The notes under the pieces were generated by a model. It was not told the origin of the DNA, did no database searches, and saw nothing but the letters and a program-made list of their open reading frames with translations. The position numbers were made by a program, and so were the translations under genes. From positions 1 to 19,618 of IMG/VR virus record IMGVR_UViG_2526164662_000035: a DNA stretch of 19,618 nt; one strand, written 5' to 3'. Shown piece by piece: positions 1 to 8,196 of the stretch. How positions within the stretch are numbered: position 1 is the first letter of the stretch; every line of letters begins with the position of its first letter. Source of the stretch: a virus. Its lineage: Duplodnaviria; Heunggongvirae; Uroviricota; Caudoviricetes.

Positions 1-852
1 AAGAATCCGTTTGGTGATATCAAATCGGATGGCACGGTGAAAACGGCTCTCGAAAACCTTGATTTAACGGACCTGGGTATCGGTAAAAATATCTCTGGTT
101 CTAACATTAACTTGCTTTCGAGCGCAACAAGTTCTGGTTTTTATGCATACGGCGGTAATACAGACCCGGATTTTGGGATTGATTACGGAATGGTGCTAAC
201 GTTGTTGTATGATTCCGTATCAAAACAACGAGTGCAGATTTATCTTCCGCTAGCAAATTCTGCTGGAGCAACACCAATCATTCGTGCTGTAACCGGCAAC
301 ACTACGATTTGGAAGTATAAGCTCTTTTCTGAAAAATATAAGCCAACGCCAGCAGATGTGGGGATGGGGTCTGGTGCGCCAGCTATCGGTGTCCCATTCT
401 TCTGGCCCTCCGCAGCAATGCCGAATACGGTCATAAGCGAATGGTCTGACATGGTGTTTTTAAAATTTAACGGCGCGTCATTTTCTGCTGCGGTATACCC
501 CAAACTTGCACAGGTGTTCCCTGGACTTACACTTCCCGAAGCTCGAGGCGAATTCCCGCGTATCTGGGATGATGGTCGTGGGGTCGATTCAGGAAGGGCA
601 TTGCTGAGTACTCAGGTGGATGCCATCCGAAATATCACTGGTGAAGTCGGTATTGTTCAATATTTTGGGAATACTACAAATTCTGGTGCGCTTTATTCTG
701 GGGGGGCACAAAACTTAACGAACCTCCAGCCAGGCGGAAGCACTGTTGCTCAAAGTATTCTCTTCAGCGCTGGAAAAGACCCATCGGTATCAATTGCAAA
801 CGAGAACCGACCGCGCAACATCGCATTCAATTTCCTGGTGAGGGCAAAGTAA
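1..852 (+). CDS. phage side tail fibre protein, C-terminal part (5' end upstream of window)
   Basis: Frame 1 is open from base 1 (KNPFGDIKSDGTVKTALENL...), so the ATG at 37 is internal. The sequence is Gly/Ser/Asn-rich and ends ...NRPRNIAFNFLVRAK, as in Mu S / P1 S / e14 Stf-type fibres. A TAATG overlap at 850-854 couples it to the downstream tfa gene. Confidence 0.85.
   Translation, partial: KNPFGDIKSDGTVKTALENLDLTDLGIGKNISGSNINLLSSATSSGFYAYGGNTDPDFGIDYGMVLTLLYDSVSKQRVQIYLPLANSAGATPIIRAVTGNTTIWKYKLFSEKYKPTPADVGMGSGAPAIGVPFFWPSAAMPNTVISEWSDMVFLKFNGASFSAAVYPKLAQVFPGLTLPEARGEFPRIWDDGRGVDSGRALLSTQVDAIRNITGEVGIVQYFGNTTNSGALYSGGAQNLTNLQPGGSTVAQSILFSAGKDPSVSIANENRPRNIAFNFLVRAK
47..72. other. possible relic gix/hix-like invertase crossover site inside the tail-fibre gene
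   Basis: The sequence ctctcGAAAACCttGATTTaacggac resembles, from memory, the hix/gix pattern TTCTTGAAAACC-NN-GGTTTT. The left half-site fits well and the right half is weak. No convincing inverted partner was found near the invertase remnant. Confidence 0.25.
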
Positions 853-1442
853 TGAAACCTGTCTTTGATGAAAATGGTCTGGCAACGCAGGCCGGTGATA
901 TTCGTTGTTTTTATTACGATGCAGTGACCATGGAATATGCTGGCTGGTCAGATGAATATATTAACGCTGGCGTCAGCATGCCGGGTAATTCAACAGATGT
1001 TGATCCAGGTGAAATGGTTGATGGAAAGGTTTTTATGTTCACGGGCATCGGATGGCGACAGGATGAAGATCATCGTGGTGAAACGGTATATTCAACCGAT
1101 GATACCTCATCTTCCACTATAGATTATATCGGCCCAGTCAGGAAGGGGTACACAACTGTTGCGCCATCAGGACCATATCAAAAGTAGGGACGGCAAAAAG
1201 TAGGGTAACGAGATACTGACACACAGCACGTTGCCGATGTTGAAGCCGCTGAACAGAAGAAGGCTGCGTTACTGGCTGAAGCGCAGGATAAAATAAGTCT
1301 CTGGCAGACAGAATTGCGACTGGACATCATCAGTGATGGGGATAAGGAAAGTCTGATTGCGTGGGTGCAGTACATAAAAGCCATTCAGGCTATAGATACT
1401 TCATCTGCGCCAAATATCAACTGGCCCACCGAACCAGAATAG
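852..1442 (+). pseudogene. tail fibre assembly protein (Tfa family) interrupted by two in-frame stop codons
   Basis: The 111-aa ORF 852-1187 (MKPVFDENG...HRGETVYST...PYQK*) is a Tfa N-terminal part. The same frame continues after TAG (1185-1187) and TAA (1206-1208) as ...DTDTQHVADVEAAEQKKAALLAEAQDKISLWQTELRLDIISDGDKESLIAWVQYIKAIQAIDTSSAPNINWPTEPE*, ending at 1442. That is the conserved Tfa C-terminus. Confidence 0.8.
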
Positions 1443-1589
1443 GAACGTTTGGGGAAGAGTTAGATTAAGGGATGAACTAATTGATGATTAATGCTTTTAA
1501 TTACAAAAGTGTAACTGGAGGTGTATTATTATAAAATAAAAAACGAAGCGTGAGAAGGGGCAAAATAGACAATGGCAGCGCTTTTTATT

Positions 1590-1618
1590 TGTGCTTTGAG
1601 TGTTTAACTCAAAGCACA
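1590..1618. repeat. perfect 12-bp-stem hairpin (tgtgctttgagt / actcaaagcaca, 5-nt loop)
   Basis: Read directly from the sequence. It lies between the tfa 3' end and the 3' end of the convergent acyltransferase. No clean U-tract follows on either strand, so a terminator role is uncertain. Confidence 0.5.
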
Positions 1619-1657
1619 TGTTCTAAATTATTTACTTTCGTATTTAAGGGGGTTAGG

Positions 1658-2764
1658 TTATGACCATTTGGTCAAACAAAACGTTTTAAAAATTCTGCGA
1701 TGGGTTTTTCTATGTACATATGAATGACGCTGCCAGGCGCACAAACTTATTATAAAGTATATTCCAATATATAGGAATACATTGGAATAATCAATAAGTC
1801 CGAAAGACACAAACATATATGATACCCAAGCTGTAATCAAACCATGCGTCAAATATATACTATATGAAGCATCACCGACGGAAAATAATAAGTTTAGCCG
1901 GTTTTATTTTACCTTCAAGGCTCAACGCTGCCCAGACACCATAAAAAGCGAAAAACCCCCATATCAAAGGACGATGCCATTCCCCCCCCATGTTTGTTGT
2001 AATATTAAAGTATTCACATAATAAGAATGTGGGAATAAACAAAGTTAATATTGTAAGCGCAATTGTTTTTTTTAACATAGCGCCCAGTAAGTATAATCGA
2101 TACATAAACATACCCATAGCAAATACGACCATTTCTGGTCTTGCCAGTGTTTTCATGAACGGAAGAATTTCGAATATGATGCTGTTATTTTGATAAGTTA
2201 AAATATTAGCTACTATGGATATAGTTAAAAATAAGATCTCTATATACTCTAACCTTGATAATTTGATAGCAATAAAAAATGCAAAAGAAGTATAAAACAA
2301 AAATTCAAGTTGTAATGTCCAACCTATACTTAGAATTGCATCGCGATGCCAGTGAGTGAATGTAATACTCTCAAGATACCATTGAAGACTGATTTTTGTT
2401 TCGGGCCACCAATAAGCAATAGGTGGAGTTGGGGAAGATATATAATGTTTTACTATGAAGGCTGATAGAACGCAAAGGGCGGTAATTAAAGCATATACCG
2501 GGATTATTCTTATTACTCTTCGCATAAAAAAGTTCCCTGCAGATATTTTGAATTCTCCTTCTGATTGAGAGCCACCATATGCTACGTAAGGTATAATAAA
2601 CCACTAATTATGAAAAATATAATAACGCCAAATCCTCCCAGAGATGCAAGGATTTCGATATTCCCAATGCCATATTGTCCAAGTTCGGCATGTGCCAAAA
2701 CCACCATAGCTGCAGCAATAAACCTTAGTGCTTGTATATTGAAAAGCGTTTTTCTTTTATTCAT
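1658..2764 (-). pseudogene. acyltransferase-3 family membrane protein (OafA/Oac-like O-antigen acetylase type), disrupted by two frameshifts
   Basis: Three consecutive minus-strand ORFs read as one protein. ORF 2764-2582 gives MNKRKTLFNIQALRFIAAAMVVLAH...FFIISG. A second frame gives ...YVAYGGSQSEGEFKISAGNFFMRRVIRIIPVY... through 1872. A third frame gives VGDASYSIYLTHGLI... to 1658. The frame changes fall near 2580 and 1875. The region is visibly AT-rich, typical of a phage-borne moron. Confidence 0.8.
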
Positions 2765-2915
2765 TTATATACTGACCCAATTTTGTAATTATGAAACTTT
2801 AATTGATAAGGTAAGCATACTAAATAACTGATAAAAATAATAGATCAATTGAAGGGAACACAATCAGGGTTGTGCCATCTGCTAAACTCCAAATATTAAA
2901 AATCACTAATACCAG

Positions 2916-3176
2916 AGCACTAATGGGGCTCTCCATGATGTACTGGGGACAATTGGACAAAATGGAAAGGGAAATGATTGTTGAGCGAACGCAGGCGGGA
3001 TTAGCTGAGCACTCACTGGAGGTTGGATAGGTAGCCGTAGGCCAAACCTAACAGATGAACAATGGGCGCAGGCCGGGCGATTAATTGCATCAGGCGTTCC
3101 TCGCCAGAAGGTGGCGATCATCTATGATGTTGGTATATCGACACTGTATAAGAAGTTTCCGGTCGGAGATAAATGA
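2916..3176 (+). pseudogene. Gin/Pin/Hin-family DNA invertase, 3' remnant with frameshifts (catalytic N-terminus missing)
   Basis: Fragments ...MEREMIVERTQAGL... and, in another frame, GSRRPNLTDEQWAQAGRLIASGVPRQKVAIIYDVGISTLYKKFPVGDK* (stop at 3174-3176) match the C-terminal HTH region of Gin/Pin-type invertases as I recall them. No N-terminal YxRVS catalytic part is present. Confidence 0.75.
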
Positions 3177-3216
3177 AACCGTAGCACGTCGTATGCAAGA
3201 AGATCGTGCTGCGGTT
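3177..3216. terminator. hairpin between the convergent invertase remnant and the GIY-YIG gene
   Basis: aaccgtagcacg (3177-3188) pairs with cgtgctgcggtt (3205-3216). This gives 12 bp including one G-U pair and a 16-nt loop, followed by a short T-rich tail. Confidence 0.45.
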
Positions 3217-3236
3217 TATGCTTATCACTTAAAGAC

Positions 3237-4106
<870 letters not shown>

Positions 4107-4184
4107 CTAACCCTTTGAATTTACATAGCGCAAAAAGATACCTTTCCTCATAATGTGAGCTAATTTTATGTTTCGTTTGATGAT

Positions 4185-4251
4185 CGGGTCGGTCTCGAAA
4201 ACCGGAGTAGGGGCAACTCTACTGGGGGTTCAAATCCCCCTCTCTCCGCCA
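4185..4251 (+). other. partial tRNA-Ser(CGA) (serU-like): anticodon arm to CCA end only; prophage/island att remnant
   Basis: cggtctcgaaaaccggagtaggggcaactctactgggggttcaaatccccctctctccgcca matches my memory of the E. coli serU 3' two-thirds with one difference in the variable arm. The 5' acceptor and D-arm (GGAGAGATGCCGGAGCGG...) are absent upstream. Confidence 0.75.
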
Positions 4252-4381
4252 CTTTATCAATGACTTATCTCCCGACTTCCCGCCTTGCTTTTCCTAAACA
4301 GAACAATCGTAGAATATTCTTGAAGGGTTAGATCGTCACTGTTTTCTGTTCGATACTGTGACATTCAGCACTTGATTCGCT

Positions 4382-4585
4382 ATGGATCTGACAGGAAGGT
4401 TTCGAGCGAAAATCTGCAGTTATTCAGTCGTTTTCTTATCGGTCACCATTATTCTTTTAGACATTGATCCTACAAAGCTGCCGCAAAGTTGGTGGTGGGA
4501 ACTGAAGTTGCGTAGAGAAGGGGTCAATACCCGGAGGCACACATGGGCTGGCAAAAGTGTAGCGGTATTAGGCGCAGCTATTTAG
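4382..4585 (+). pseudogene. possible decayed N-terminus of a P4-type (DUF4102-like) tyrosine integrase
   Basis: The ORF MDLTGRFRAKI...DPTKLPQSWWWELKLRREGVNTRRHTWAGKSVAVLGAAI loosely follows the LTDxxIRxxKP...GSxxWxxKYRxxGK...LGxYP pattern of integrases found just downstream of tRNA genes. It is only about 65 aa and the match is weak. Confidence 0.3.
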
Positions 4586-4835
4586 CCTAGTTATGTTTTA
4601 TGAAAACTTGATATCATATAAGTGTCTTACTTATTGGCTGTAAATAAGTTTTTCCTAAGGAATTGTTTCTTGAGTATCATTTGTAACTGTAACGGAATTT
4701 ATAATCCTTTGCTTTATTGTTACGGTATTTTTTATCACACCCTATTTTTTATGTGGTTTTTTATACTGAAGTTTGGCAAAGTGAACTTTATATGCATATA
4801 CTTCATCCTGGTTTCAGTTAAATTGGGTGGATGAT

Positions 4836-5579
4836 ATGGCAACTACATGTTCAGTTATATTGATTTTGGAGTCCTTTGATATTTATTTCGGAAAAGAGAG
4901 TGTGTTTCTGGAGAGAGGTTCATCTGTACTTGTCGACTCTAGCTCTAGAGATTTTTTCCTGACATATCCTGAAAGAGTGATAGTGGCGGATTTTGGCGCT
5001 GAGTTTATTAGTCGCTATTTGAAAGCTAATAACTTAAGGGATATTTCTGATTGTAGGGAATATCCATCTTATTTAAAAATAAACTTTGCTGACTTCAGTT
5101 TAATTAAAGGATTAATTAGTTGGGCTAATCACTGTGCTGAATACATAGAAATTTTTGATGAGTCTATTGCTTTTACATGTCTCTCTGCATTTTCTTCTGA
5201 AAAACAATTTGGAGTATTTCTGTTTGGATGTTTGAAAAGCACAGGGGCTAAAGTTAAAACGATTATTCATACGGATTTATCTGCACCATGGCGTCTTAAG
5301 GATATATCATCAAGATTATATCTCAGCGAAAGTTTACTAAAGAGGAAATTGAAAGAAGAGGGGATATCATTCAGTAAGATCATACTTGATGAGAGGATGC
5401 AAATGGCTGAATATTTACTCAGCACTCGTTGTTATCCTATTAGTAAAGTAGCTAAGGTCTGTGGTTATGCCAGTGTCTCATACTTTACTTATGTATTTAG
5501 ACGTTATTTTGGTGTTTCTCCAAGTCAATACTCTCAGAGGAGTTCAGAAAGTAAAATTCTTACTCACCAGGGAATCTGA
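4836..5579 (+). CDS. AraC/XylS-family transcriptional regulator (AT-rich, horizontally acquired type)
   Basis: The C-terminus carries the twin-HTH signature ...WRLKDISSRLYLSESLLKRKLKEEGISFSKIILDERMQMAEYLLSTRCYPISKVAKVCGYASVSYFTYVFRRYFGVSPSQY. I prefer the ATG at 4836 to the GTG at 4827. The stop sits about 5 bp from the IS end, so the natural C-terminus may be altered. Confidence 0.85.
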   Translation: MATTCSVILILESFDIYFGKESVFLERGSSVLVDSSSRDFFLTYPERVIVADFGAEFISRYLKANNLRDISDCREYPSYLKINFADFSLIKGLISWANHCAEYIEIFDESIAFTCLSAFSSEKQFGVFLFGCLKSTGAKVKTIIHTDLSAPWRLKDISSRLYLSESLLKRKLKEEGISFSKIILDERMQMAEYLLSTRCYPISKVAKVCGYASVSYFTYVFRRYFGVSPSQYSQRSSESKILTHQGI

Positions 5580-5583
5580 TCAT

Positions 5584-5848
5584 TGTTCTTGCCCCCTTAT
5601 TTCCAGACAGGGGGTGTATCTTAAGTTAACGTTACCCGCTGACGTCGATATTCTCGCGGAGAGCGATAACCCAACGCACTGTGCGGATGGTTTTCATTGT
5701 AATGTTCGATCGCCACTGCAAGATTATGCAATGCCGTTCTTACATTCGGTTTCGGCATGAACGCGATGTAGTCTTCCTTCATCGTTTTCACGAATCTTTC
5801 TGCCATTCCATTACTCTGAGGACTGCTGATTACCCATGAGGAGTACAA
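5584..5848 (-). mobile_element. IS3-family (IS2-like) insertion sequence remnant: transposase C-terminal fragment plus terminal inverted repeat
   Basis: The minus-strand ORF 5621-5848 reads ...[27 protein letters not shown]...[19 protein letters not shown], which is the end of a DDE integrase-type OrfB. After the stop, ...tgtctggaaataagggggcaagaaca resembles the IS2 end (...TGTCTGGAAATATAGGGGCAAATCCA, from memory). The rest of the IS is missing. Confidence 0.75.
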
Positions 5849-6068
5849 TTAAACGGGTTAATCAGTTTCTCCATTTGAAAGAAAAAAGACTTCTGTACTG
5901 TTTGATATCACCGCTATTTTCTTATTTTCTGTGCAGGTCGTAGTGGGACAAAACTGAGACACATAAGGCCTCACAATGGCTTGCAAGGCTTTACATGTTT
6001 TGATGTGGTGGGACGTGTGAGCGCAGTGTTGATGGGGTAATACTTTGAATTAGAAGCGGATTCTTATG

Positions 6069-6114
6069 ATTCGTAATGCGAAGGTCGTAGGTTCGACTCC
6101 TATTATCGGCACCA
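6069..6114 (+). other. thrW: partial tRNA-Thr(CGU) (thrW): 3' 46 nt from the anticodon loop to CCA; att remnant
   Basis: attcgtaatgcgaaggtcgtaggttcgactcctattatcggcacca equals the 3' part of E. coli thrW as I recall it. The upstream sequence does not match the 5' half (GCCGATATAGCTCAGTTGGTAGAGCAGCGC). Confidence 0.85.
6096..6114 (+). repeat. attL core: 19-bp direct repeat (thrW 3' end)
   Basis: It is identical to 19063-19081. Confidence 0.8.
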
Positions 6115-6721
6115 TCAAGAAAATCAATAACTTAGCTTAACTTCTCTAAGAAATTGTATCTTCTGTTATCACTTACAAACGCCTATACGTTGTTATGGGC
6201 TTTGGTAGTGTAACACGTATGGGCGAGTAGTTCCCAGGCTCAACCTCGTAACAAGTTCCTTTGAAGCTGGAAGACGTGCCACCGTCTCTAAACCTTCTAC
6301 CAAAACTCTTAGCAAGATGTTCCACACCTGGCGCGGTGTCCAATGATGCTACACGTCGAGATGACGTCGCAGAGGATAAACAGGCTAAATGATGGGAAGA
6401 GTTTTAAGTGCAATAGTGGATTAAAGCCCACCTCTTCAAAACCTAACTTGATCGGGAAAGAATCAAGCTCTAGCACGGTTTCGTCCACCGGAGTACAACG
6501 GGTGCCTGATAAGAGAAGAACTGCTAAGACTTCATAGCTTTTGTGAAAAAGCCCTTTTTAGTGGATATGCCTACGGCGCTTATTTTTTGGTATAACCATC
6601 AAAGGCGCTTTATGGCTCCTATTGTCTTGAAAATGTATCTTTACTTGTATTGTGTTTTATGCGTAGTCTCCCTGTGTAGTATGTAACTTGTTAATTTTCA
6701 TATGAATACAGAGGCAACACG

Positions 6722-6874
6722 ATGAAAAACATTGCAGCTATAAAACGTAATAACCGCAAGATTCACGCTCGTAAGTTCCTGTCTACGCCAGAGGGAAAAG
6801 CCTGGCTAGAGCGTAAACAGCGAGAGAACGAAGAAAGAAAACTCCTTAGTGAGTTGAAATGGCTTAAGGATTGA
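6722..6874 (+). CDS. small basic hypothetical protein (50 aa)
   Basis: The ORF encodes MKNIAAIKRNNRKIHARKFLSTPEGKAWLERKQRENEERKLLSELKWLKD. A GAGG lies about 8 nt upstream of the ATG, and a strong hairpin follows the stop closely. It falls below the 60-aa cutoff of the ORF track. Confidence 0.4.
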   Translation: MKNIAAIKRNNRKIHARKFLSTPEGKAWLERKQRENEERKLLSELKWLKD

Positions 6875-6883
6875 ATCACCAGT

Positions 6884-6927
6884 AGGCGCATAACACATCC
6901 AGCAATCAAAGATGTGTTTGTGCGCCT
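6884..6927 (+). terminator. long hairpin downstream of the 50-aa ORF
   Basis: aggcgcataacacatc (6884-6899) pairs with gatgtgtttgtgcgcct (6911-6927) across an 11-nt loop. The stem is about 16 bp with one bulge. There is no clean U-tract; T-rich sequence begins about 20 nt later. Confidence 0.45.
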
Positions 6928-7019
6928 GATAGTGAAATTATTAAAGTTTTTTAGTTAATGTAGCCATTGCATGAACGATGATCGCTAGTGAATCGATTTT
7001 ATCTCGAGGGGTAAAATAG

Positions 7020-7115
7020 ATGAGGTATATGATGGTAACAATTACAGCTAAAGTAATTGTGGTTCTGCAGGTTTTTAAAATGGATAAGATAAAGCGCATA
7101 GATACCCCCTATTGA
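7020..7115 (+). CDS. candidate small hydrophobic peptide (31 aa)
   Basis: The ORF encodes MRYMMVTITAKVIVVLQVFKMDKIKRIDTPY, and GAGGGG lies about 8 nt upstream of the ATG. The only support is the SD-like sequence and the peptide composition. Confidence 0.2.
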   Translation: MRYMMVTITAKVIVVLQVFKMDKIKRIDTPY

Positions 7116-7424
7116 TTTAACAACAACAAGGTATCATTTATTTTTTATTGCATGCAATGTGCAAATTTTCACATATAATAGCTTACTATTCACTTTGCAT
7201 GGTGTCAACAAGATGATGTGTTGTTTTGTTTGATTTGTTCAAGATAATATTTCATTTTCTCATCTATATAACTTGTGTTTTAGATAATTTCACTAATTGT
7301 AAAAGTTACGTATTGCTTAATAGCTGCCTTTTTATCTGAAATCGGCGCAAACGTGATCAATGTTTAACGCGAAGATCAGCGGCGTCAGGTCCACGCAGCG
7401 ACAATTCTCAAATATCAGGAGGCA

Positions 7425-7976
7425 TTACGCTTCCTGCTCTTTCTTGATACGTTGCACCGTCTGTGTGCTGACACTGAAATCTTTTGCTACGCTCCGAATT
7501 GATCCACCATTCGCGAGAGCGGCAACAATTCCCGCTCGATCAATTGCTTTTCCATTACCACGTTTTGCTATACGTCCAGCGGCCTTAGCTGCGGCAATCC
7601 CCTCACGTTGCCGCTCAAGCATCATTTCACGTTCCATTTGTGCCACTGCTGCAAGCACTGTGAGCATCATATTCCCTGCGGGAGAGTTCTTCCCTGTCTT
7701 AAAGTCTTCTTTATGGAAATGCACAGACACGCCGCGCTCTGTTAATTGCTCAACCGTTGCCAGTAGGTCGGCTGTATTACGGCAAAGTCGATCAATGCTG
7801 TGAACATGCAAAACATCACCTTCACGCACATAGTTCATCATTGCCTCAAACTGTGGGCGCTGGGTATTCTTGCCTGACGCTTTATCTTCAAAGACTTTAT
7901 CAAGAGTTACTCCAGCTAATTGACGGTCTGTGTTTTGTTGGACAGTCGATACCCTAATGTATCCAATATTAGCCAT
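7425..7976 (-). CDS. serine recombinase, resolvase type (183 aa)
   Basis: The sequence MANIGYIRVSTVQQNTDRQ...GDVLHVHSIDRLCRNTADLL...AVAQMEREMMLERQREG...C-terminal HTH (SIRSVAKDFSVSTQTVQRI) is collinear with Tn3/gamma-delta resolvase. I prefer the start at 7976 because AAGGA lies 8-9 nt upstream, whereas the ATG at 7982 is too close to the SD. The C-terminal linker (KRGNGKAIDRAGIV) looks like a resolvase rather than an invertase (GRPPKLT). Confidence 0.88.
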   Translation of the reverse strand: MANIGYIRVSTVQQNTDRQLAGVTLDKVFEDKASGKNTQRPQFEAMMNYVREGDVLHVHSIDRLCRNTADLLATVEQLTERGVSVHFHKEDFKTGKNSPAGNMMLTVLAAVAQMEREMMLERQREGIAAAKAAGRIAKRGNGKAIDRAGIVAALANGGSIRSVAKDFSVSTQTVQRIKKEQEA

Positions 7977-7990
7977 TTTCATTTTCCTTC

Positions 7991-8110
7991 TGTGTTGATT
8001 TGTGTGTAGTGATTATTGATCGTGTTGATTAGGTGTGTAAATGACTTTTTTCACTACGAAATTCGAAGGTTTTTAGTGTGGTGATTTAGCCTGCTTTATC
8101 ACTACACGTC
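7991..8110. promoter_or_regulatory. repeat cluster upstream of the recombinase gene: candidate res site / operator region
   Basis: The direct repeat gtgttgatt(t/a)g(t/g)tgtgta occurs at about 7993 and 8022. gtgtagtgat (8004-8013) is inverted relative to atcactacac (8098-8107). Degenerate copies are tcactacg (about 8051) and agtgtggtgat (about 8073). The position immediately 5' of the resolvase gene matches the Tn3-family res layout. Confidence 0.35.
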
Positions 8111-8174
8111 TTGCATGAGAATCATGTAGTTATGCTTTGGTAAAATTAGCAAGCTATTAAATAGCGTGTTTATT

Positions 8175-8196
8175 TTGAAAAAATTAATTTTTTCAA
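8175..8196. repeat. 22-bp perfect AT-rich palindrome ttgaaaaaattaattttttcaa
   Basis: Read directly from the sequence. It is flanked by an imperfect extension (cgtgtt...aacacg). Confidence 0.9.

Noticed and set aside
240-1384. ORFs 240-503(-), 937-1122(+) and 1178-1384(-) overlapping the tail-fibre and tfa genes
   Set aside because: They lie antisense or out of frame within regions whose other frame gives clear tail-fibre/Tfa sequence. Their composition is low-complexity or Cys/Ser-rich and they have no SD.
1990-3121. ORFs 1990-2193(+), 2371-2604(-), 2565-2831(+) and 2906-3121(-)
   Set aside because: They are shadow frames of the acyltransferase pseudogene and the invertase remnant. The biologically sensible translations are on the other frame or strand.
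4622-4834. 70-aa ORF (MSYLLAVNKFFLRNCFL...) upstream of the AraC gene
   Set aside because: It is an extremely AT-rich, Phe/Ile/Leu/Cys-biased translation typical of a non-coding AT-rich leader. It has no SD and is more likely the promoter/leader region of the regulator.
5461-5760. 99-aa ORF spanning the AraC 3' end and the IS remnant
   Set aside because: It crosses the junction between two unrelated features in frames that are non-coding for both.
6230-6540. ORF 6343-6537 and mixed-frame integrase-like strings (VSKPSTKTLSKMFHTW, ...NGCLIREELLRL...)
   Set aside because: It could be a badly decayed integrase just downstream of the thrW fragment. However, the matches are short, spread over three frames and lack a clean catalytic motif. 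I mention it only as context in the att finding and do not call it a feature.
7201-7235. Tiny ORF atg atg tgt tgt ttt gtt tga (MMCCFV)
   Set aside because: It has six codons, no SD and no supporting structure, so it is indistinguishable from chance.
7360-7957. ORFs 7360-7803(+) and 7757-7957(+) opposite the serine recombinase
   Set aside because: They are antisense shadows of a gene with an unambiguous resolvase translation.
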